A stretch of 40,740 nt of DNA, from the NCBI GenBank assembly GCA_947473395.1, contig CANJEC010000001.1, positions 1-40,740 of the forward strand, given 5' to 3'. The stretch comes from Actinomycetota bacterium. GTDB taxonomy: Bacteria > Actinomycetota > Acidimicrobiia > Acidimicrobiales > Microtrichaceae. Under the pieces are notes generated by a model. It ran no database searches and had not been told where the DNA came from. It worked only from the letters and a program-made list of their open reading frames with translations. The translations under genes were made by a program, and so were the position numbers. This document shows positions 35,314-40,740 of the stretch, one piece after another (positions within the stretch are counted from its first letter, which is position 1; each line of letters starts with the position of its first letter).

Positions 35314-36920
35314 TAGTTGTCAACTTCGTAGAGACATTCGGTGCTGGACTTCCCTGCTTGATAGCTCCCCAGGAGCATCCCGACGTTCAGATACTTCTCG
35401 CCTTCATTCCGGGGACCCAGCTTGCGCACATCTACGACACGTACGGACCACGACTCCTTGAGCAAAATGTGCGCTCTTTTCTCATGGTGCGCGGCAAGAT
35501 CAATAAGGGGATTCGAGACACTCTGAAGTCGACACCTGAGAGGTTCCTTGCATACAACAATGGGCTAACAGCGACAGCTTCCTCGATCGTGGTGGAGCCC
35601 GATGCAGACGGTCAACTGTCACTTGTTTTGGCCAAGGATTTGCAGATCGTGAACGGGGGTCAGACCACCGCATCCATCGCCTTCGCAAAACGCGAACAGG
35701 ACTCTGAAATTGACCTTGACTCGGTTTTCGTTCAGATGAAACTTGCAGTTGTTAATCCCGAACTGCTCGAAGATATCGTTCCATCAATTTCCCGCTTTGC
35801 CAACAGACAGAACGTCGTTCAAGACAGCGATCTCTCTGCCAACAATGAGGACCTACGCGAGATTGAAAGACTTTCTCGAGCTGTGTGGACGCCGATCTAC
35901 AACACAGGCCGTCAGACGAAGTGGTATTTCGAACGAGCTCGCGGCTCATATGCAATCGACAAGCTTCTTGCTGGAAAACAAGCTGCTCAGCAGACCTTCA
36001 CGCGAGACCACCCCACTTCACAGCGTTTCGGAAAGAACGACCTTGCGCTCTACGAGAACACATGGTCAAAGCTTCCCCATGTCGTGTGTCGTGGCGGACA
36101 AAAGAACTTCGCAGAGTTCATAGTAAGGATTGACGAGTCGTTCCATTCCAAGAGTGAAGCTCTGAACCCAACAGACTCACCTTCAGATGAAGAACTAAAG
36201 ACCCAAAATCTGCAGATCTTCAAGGACTTGATCGCTAAGGCGATACTTTTCAAACAGGCCGATCGACTCGTCAACCATGCCCTAGGGGGAACCTACAAAC
36301 GGGCTGTGGTCGTTTATACCTTGGCCTACCTTCTTGAGCACGCAACAGAGACTCCCAGTCTCACCTTGATCTGGGGGAATCAAGATATTGACGAGTCCTT
36401 AGAGATGGCAATCGTCGAAATTGCAGGTCCTTTGAAAAACTATCTGATCGATTCCGCAGGCGGTAGGAATATCACGGAGTGGGCCAAGTCAGAAGCGTGC
36501 TGGAAGGCGATCCGGAGCCAGACCTTCCAGTTCACTTTGCAAGCATCAGCAGATCCCCTCACAACCACGCTTCATCAAGAGCCGCCATTGGCCAGTAATC
36601 ACCCAAAAAGTGCGAAGGATCTAGACACTTTGGCAGCCTGTATAAATCGCATCTATGGCGAGCAGGTTGAGGTGCGTTTGAGTGGATACAAGCAAAAGAA
36701 GTGGTTCTACCTAGAAGACAAAGGCGCCGAAGCGCAGCCTGCTCCAGGGAATCTAGGCATTTTCGCGGCAGCTACTCGGGAAAGCGGCGCAGGGACTCAG
36801 GGCCTAGATGTAGTCGTGTTCGACTTTCAAGCACGGCAGATCACACCCCTCGCTCAATTGCAGGTTGAAGAGAGAACCGCTACTGAAGAACTGGTGGAGA
36901 AGTGGCTAGAAGCATTGTGA
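34761..36920 (+). CDS. AIPR family protein
   Basis: LLEQNVRSFL, INKGIRDTL...PERFLAYNNGLT, LQIVNGGQTTAS, ANRQN.V...DL.AN, WYFERARGSY. ATG 34761 behind GAGGGAGG. Confidence 0.92.
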   Translation: MREETNSYASLLRAEVTAHAEMPGSEDFLPQAFTDLVLDNLEEHGFWPDYQLAYHHKTGAHVNGWGYDPAARKLYLCVTDFVEANDARTLPKSGFDAIAKQLKGFYKKAKNDKLGIPEHNPVLDLADKIASGVDFDSIEAYVLTNRVCKAESREDVYEDVPVLVKVWDLETIRRSRTTGSSPEPIVVNFVETFGAGLPCLIAPQEHPDVQILLAFIPGTQLAHIYDTYGPRLLEQNVRSFLMVRGKINKGIRDTLKSTPERFLAYNNGLTATASSIVVEPDADGQLSLVLAKDLQIVNGGQTTASIAFAKREQDSEIDLDSVFVQMKLAVVNPELLEDIVPSISRFANRQNVVQDSDLSANNEDLREIERLSRAVWTPIYNTGRQTKWYFERARGSYAIDKLLAGKQAAQQTFTRDHPTSQRFGKNDLALYENTWSKLPHVVCRGGQKNFAEFIVRIDESFHSKSEALNPTDSPSDEELKTQNLQIFKDLIAKAILFKQADRLVNHALGGTYKRAVVVYTLAYLLEHATETPSLTLIWGNQDIDESLEMAIVEIAGPLKNYLIDSAGGRNITEWAKSEACWKAIRSQTFQFTLQASADPLTTTLHQEPPLASNHPKSAKDLDTLAACINRIYGEQVEVRLSGYKQKKWFYLEDKGAEAQPAPGNLGIFAAATRESGAGTQGLDVVVFDFQARQITPLAQLQVEERTATEELVEKWLEAL

Positions 36921-38434
36921 AACCCTCGGAAATAGGCGAGGAGGAAGAGGTCGCCCCACACCCCGCTTCGCTCATCGAGTCCCTTCGATCTTTCGGGTAC
37001 TCCCCAGCGACGGCGATAGCCGATCTCATCGACAACTGCATCACAGCCTCTGCCAGTCATGTTGATGTCAGCTTCAACTGGGAAGGTCAGAATTCGTGGA
37101 TCACGATTCTCGATGATGGATCAGGCATGCCGGAGGACACGCTGCGCGACGCCATGCGCCCCGGTTCCAGCAGCCCACTGGATCCTCGCCAGAAGGGAGA
37201 TTTGGGTCGCTTCGGGCTTGGGCTCAAGACAGCAAGTTTCTCCCAGGCAAGGTCTCTCACAGTCGCTACAAAATGCAGCAAAGCTAGTGGTGTAGCGATT
37301 CGTCGTTGGGACCTGGACTATGTCGGCAAGCAAAACCGCTGGAGCCTACTCAAGAGCGCACCCAACGGCTTCGAAGCGGAACTCGAGCGACTCTCGCCAA
37401 TCCCACACGGCACACTTGTCCTCTGGAACGGCCTAGACCGCATCGTCGACGACAGGCCAACTGACGACGCGAGAGCTCAGAGTGCCTTTTTTGCCACAGT
37501 CGACAGTGTCAAAGAACACTTGGAAATGGTGTTCAATCGGTTCCTCTCCAAGGGCAAGCTAGAAATCACCGTCAATGGTCAACGGTGTGAACCTTGGGAC
37601 CCGTTCATGCTCGAACTCGGGCTAACAGAACTCCTACCGTCTGAGTCCAGACAAGTCACACCCTCCCGTGGGGAGATCCAGACCCTCAAAATCCAACCAT
37701 ATGTACTTCCCCACCGATCAGTCATCACCGCTGATCAGCACAAGGCCGCTGCTGGCCCGCGCGGGTGGAACCTGCAACAAGGCTTTTATCTCTACAGGGC
37801 CGACCGCTTGATAGTCCCCGGAGACTGGTTCGACCCCGCCGTCAAACCAGAGGAGCATCACAAACTGGCGCGGATCGCAGTTGAGATCACCCAAGAACTA
37901 GACGATGCGTTTGCGTTGGACGTGCGAAAGTCAAGCGCACGACCGCCGGCTGCACTGCGTGAAGACTTTCGCAGGATCGCCAAAGCAACCCGCGCTCAAG
38001 CCCAAGATGTCTACCGTTATCACGGAGGCAGGAGTGTCGGTCAAGGTCAGCGAACCAAGATTGAACCCGTATGGCTCGCCCAAACCCAAGGACCAACCGG
38101 CCAGTACAAGGTCAACCGGGAGCACGATCTGATCAAGTACCTTCTCGAGGGCGTCTCGGTAGCTCGTGAGCGGCTAGACGCTATCCTTAGCCTTGTCGAG
38201 AGAAACCTCCCTATTAACCACATCCTCAGTCTCGGTTTCGCCGACGAGGGAGGACTCCCGAAGGCTCCGAGCGAACTCAGCCCTGAGGAAACCCGAGCGC
38301 TCACGGAGCGGTTCGTGACTCTCTGCCAAAATGGGATTCCACAGGAAGAGGCTCGAGCCTTCCTACTCACCATGCAACCGTTTGATCGGTTTCCCGAAGT
38401 AGTAAACGCTCTCGAATATTTGGAGGATAAGTGA
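36917..38434 (+). CDS. MORC/MutL-like GHKL ATPase (HATPase_c_3 type)
   Basis: SLRSFGYS..TAIADLIDN, ILDDGSGM, DLGRFGLGLKTASFSQ, QGFYLYRADRLI, HKLARI. GTGA overlap with the AIPR stop. Confidence 0.9.
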   Translation: MKPSEIGEEEEVAPHPASLIESLRSFGYSPATAIADLIDNCITASASHVDVSFNWEGQNSWITILDDGSGMPEDTLRDAMRPGSSSPLDPRQKGDLGRFGLGLKTASFSQARSLTVATKCSKASGVAIRRWDLDYVGKQNRWSLLKSAPNGFEAELERLSPIPHGTLVLWNGLDRIVDDRPTDDARAQSAFFATVDSVKEHLEMVFNRFLSKGKLEITVNGQRCEPWDPFMLELGLTELLPSESRQVTPSRGEIQTLKIQPYVLPHRSVITADQHKAAAGPRGWNLQQGFYLYRADRLIVPGDWFDPAVKPEEHHKLARIAVEITQELDDAFALDVRKSSARPPAALREDFRRIAKATRAQAQDVYRYHGGRSVGQGQRTKIEPVWLAQTQGPTGQYKVNREHDLIKYLLEGVSVARERLDAILSLVERNLPINHILSLGFADEGGLPKAPSELSPEETRALTERFVTLCQNGIPQEEARAFLLTMQPFDRFPEVVNALEYLEDK

Positions 38435-40740
38435 ACACGCATCTGCCAGGAAATCAACCATGCTGCGTTGGCAAGGTAGTCGATGCGCTTGGAGGGCTGG
38501 TCCGGCAGTCCTACGACTATCAGAGAGGAACGATTACCGAGGACACGATCGAGAAGCGTCTTACCGCAGCAAAGGCTGCCGCAGAACTCGACGGGCACAT
38601 CGTTGATGCTGCTCAGGACAGCGACATAATCGGGCGAGTAAGTATGGAATTCACCGTGCGCCAGGACGAGGCTGAGCGACTTCTCGGTCGAGAGGCTGGC
38701 CATGAGTCTTGGCTACCAACAGCAAAGGCCGAGCTTTTCGTCAGGAACGGCTTCTGGGACAACTACCGGCGGCTGCTAGAGAGTCGCCTCCCCGACGAAC
38801 CGCGTAATCGGCTGGATGAGGTCACTGATCAGATCCTTGACAGTCTCGAGCCGCCCAGTCGCAGCGGACAATGGGATCGGCGAGGCCTAGTCATCGGCCA
38901 AGTGCAGTCGGGTAAGACGAACAACTACACCGGACTCGTCTGCAAAGCAGCAGATGCTGGCTACAAATTAATCATCGTGCTCGCAGGTACCCACAATAAC
39001 CTGCGCGCTCAAACGCAGTTCCGCATCGATGAGGGGTTGACGGGGCGGGACACTCGGGATGGAGCGCTATCGGCTAAGCGAATCGGCGTCGGACTGGAGA
39101 AGGATCACGGTGCCGTCTTCTCGTTGACATCCGCTACCGAGGGGGGAGACTTCAAAATCGCAACGGCAAACCAAGTTGGATTCAATTTCACATCCATCAC
39201 CCATCCAACTGTCTTCGTTATCAAAAAGAACGTCTCGGTCCTAGAAACCATCTATCAGTGGATCATGGCGAATGCTGTTCTACCAGACGGTCACGAACGC
39301 ATAGCTGACGTGCCGGTCTTAATGATCGACGACGAAGCCGACAACGCGTCAATCGATACCGCAAACACCAATAAAGACCCCGAAACCGACCCAACGAGAA
39401 CTAACCTCGGTATTCGCCGAATCCTGAACTCCTTCGACCAGACCGCCTATGTGGGCTACACAGCAACGCCTTTCGCTAACATTTTCATAAATACCGAAGC
39501 TGACCATGACGAAGTCGGCGAGGAACTCTTTCCGCGTGACTTCATCTTCTCCCTCCGAGCACCGTCGAACTATGTCGGACCCGAGCGAATCTTCGGCGTA
39601 AAGGGCTTCGGTAACGAAAACGATGATGACGACGCACCCGTGCCGCTTGTCTCGACGGTGGACAAGGAGGAAAGCGAGAACTGGATACCCCCCAAGCACA
39701 GAGCGTCCCTCGTGGTCTCCAATGAACTCTTTCCTGAATCCCTCAATCGTGCTATCCGGTCCTTCGTGCTCTCATGCGCAGCCAGTCGCGCACGAGGTCA
39801 AAGTGAAGCGCACCGCACGATGCTCGTCCATGTCACTCAGTTCAAGGACCCACAAGAGCAAGTTAGGGACCAAGTAGCAGACAGGCTTATCAAACTAAAG
39901 AACGCAATTCTCTTTGATGAGCAGGACTCTGGGGGTGTTATGCAGGACCTCCGGCGCATTTGGGAGACAGACTTCGTACCGGCCTCGCTGGCCGTCAAGG
40001 AGAACGGCCTAGATGATGTTCCCCTCCATTCGTTTGACCAAATTGCCGAGCAGTTGGCGTCTGCAGTAGCGGCAATTGAGGTGAGGATGATCAACGGCAA
40101 CTCGGCAGACACTCTGGCCTATTACGACCACCCACGAGGTCTCTCCACAATCGTGATCGGCGGTGCCAAACTTTCACGTGGACTGACTCTCGAAGGTCTT
40201 GTAGTTAGCTACTACCTCCGTTCAACCCGAATGTATGACACGTTGATGCAAATGGGTCGATGGTTTGGCTACCGGCCGGGATACTTGGATCTCTGTCGCG
40301 TCTACACGACGGCGGACATCTCGAGTTGGTATCGAAGTATCGCAACGGCAACTAACGAGCTTTTTGAGGACTTGGCGGTGATGCAATCGCTGAAAGCAAC
40401 ACCTGCAGAGTTCGGCCTGCGCGTAAGAACAAGCCCAGGGATGATGGTTACTTCGCAAGCCAAAATGCGTAATGGGTTGAGAAGAAAAGTGTCCTACTCC
40501 AACTCGCGACCTGAGGTCACAACATTCGACAGAGATGCGTTAGTCCGAGAGAGTTGCCTCAAGGCGGCTGCTGAGCTTGTGGACGCGCTCGGTACGCCTT
40601 CTGTTGCTAACGACGGTCTCGGGAGCCACTGGACCGATGTCAGCTCGGAGCAGATCATGGATCATCTTCTTGGCCTAGCGGAGAAAAGGCTCTATCAGCG
40701 CTCTCGCTCCTTTGTCCCGAAGTACCTTGCTGAGTACATC
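38431..40740 (+). CDS. Z1-domain-containing SF2 helicase-like protein; runs off the right edge
   Basis: Hand translation from GTG 38431 (GTGA overlap, GGAGG RBS): GLVIGQVQSGKT, IIVLAG..NNLR.QTQ.R, IDDEADNAS, YVGYTATPFANIFI, LFPRDFI, LSRGLTLEGL..SYY.R, YDTLMQMGRWFGYRPGY.DLCRVY. No stop, so absent from the ORF track. Confidence 0.93.
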   Translation, partial: MNTHLPGNQPCCVGKVVDALGGLVRQSYDYQRGTITEDTIEKRLTAAKAAAELDGHIVDAAQDSDIIGRVSMEFTVRQDEAERLLGREAGHESWLPTAKAELFVRNGFWDNYRRLLESRLPDEPRNRLDEVTDQILDSLEPPSRSGQWDRRGLVIGQVQSGKTNNYTGLVCKAADAGYKLIIVLAGTHNNLRAQTQFRIDEGLTGRDTRDGALSAKRIGVGLEKDHGAVFSLTSATEGGDFKIATANQVGFNFTSITHPTVFVIKKNVSVLETIYQWIMANAVLPDGHERIADVPVLMIDDEADNASIDTANTNKDPETDPTRTNLGIRRILNSFDQTAYVGYTATPFANIFINTEADHDEVGEELFPRDFIFSLRAPSNYVGPERIFGVKGFGNENDDDDAPVPLVSTVDKEESENWIPPKHRASLVVSNELFPESLNRAIRSFVLSCAASRARGQSEAHRTMLVHVTQFKDPQEQVRDQVADRLIKLKNAILFDEQDSGGVMQDLRRIWETDFVPASLAVKENGLDDVPLHSFDQIAEQLASAVAAIEVRMINGNSADTLAYYDHPRGLSTIVIGGAKLSRGLTLEGLVVSYYLRSTRMYDTLMQMGRWFGYRPGYLDLCRVYTTADISSWYRSIATATNELFEDLAVMQSLKATPAEFGLRVRTSPGMMVTSQAKMRNGLRRKVSYSNSRPEVTTFDRDALVRESCLKAAAELVDALGTPSVANDGLGSHWTDVSSEQIMDHLLGLAEKRLYQRSRSFVPKYLAEYI

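Noticed and set aside
38047-40458. Short ORFs on both strands at the right end
   Set aside because: They lie within or opposite the MORC gene and the uninterrupted Z1 reading frame.

Overview
A GC-rich (roughly 60% by eye), probably actinobacterial anti-phage defence island. Acidimicrobiia is a guess from the WWLAxDGRWY motif, a DUF6308 gene and GAAAGGA ribosome-binding sites. No integrase, transposase, RNA gene or CRISPR array is visible. Left part: sbcD (runs off the left edge, missed by the ORF track), a GHKL-ATPase/HEXXH fusion, a membrane-anchored NERD nuclease, a tiny four-CxxC zinc-ribbon gene, and two different McrBC-type (type IV restriction) pairs transcribed divergently, with several candidate PUA/EVE-like reader domains. 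Middle: a PD-(D/E)XK/coiled-coil gene, a 2070-aa DUF4011-SF1 helicase-Vsr-like-DUF3320 (Hhe-like) gene, and DUF6308. Right part: a 5.6-kb tandem array of six pentapeptide-repeat genes, an HTH-fused Dcm-like C5 methyltransferase, and a divergent AIPR - MORC/GHKL - Z1 (Mza-like) operon preceded by a 716-bp tandem duplication that leaves a stand-alone AIPR N-terminal domain. The least explained structure is the pentapeptide array. Each gene has its own copy of a conserved leader, five start with the same MDPNxDL cap, repeat lengths vary, and the longest gene has a 28-aa module recurring at an exact 444-bp (24-pentapeptide) period. All family calls are from motif recognition by eye; no searches were run.
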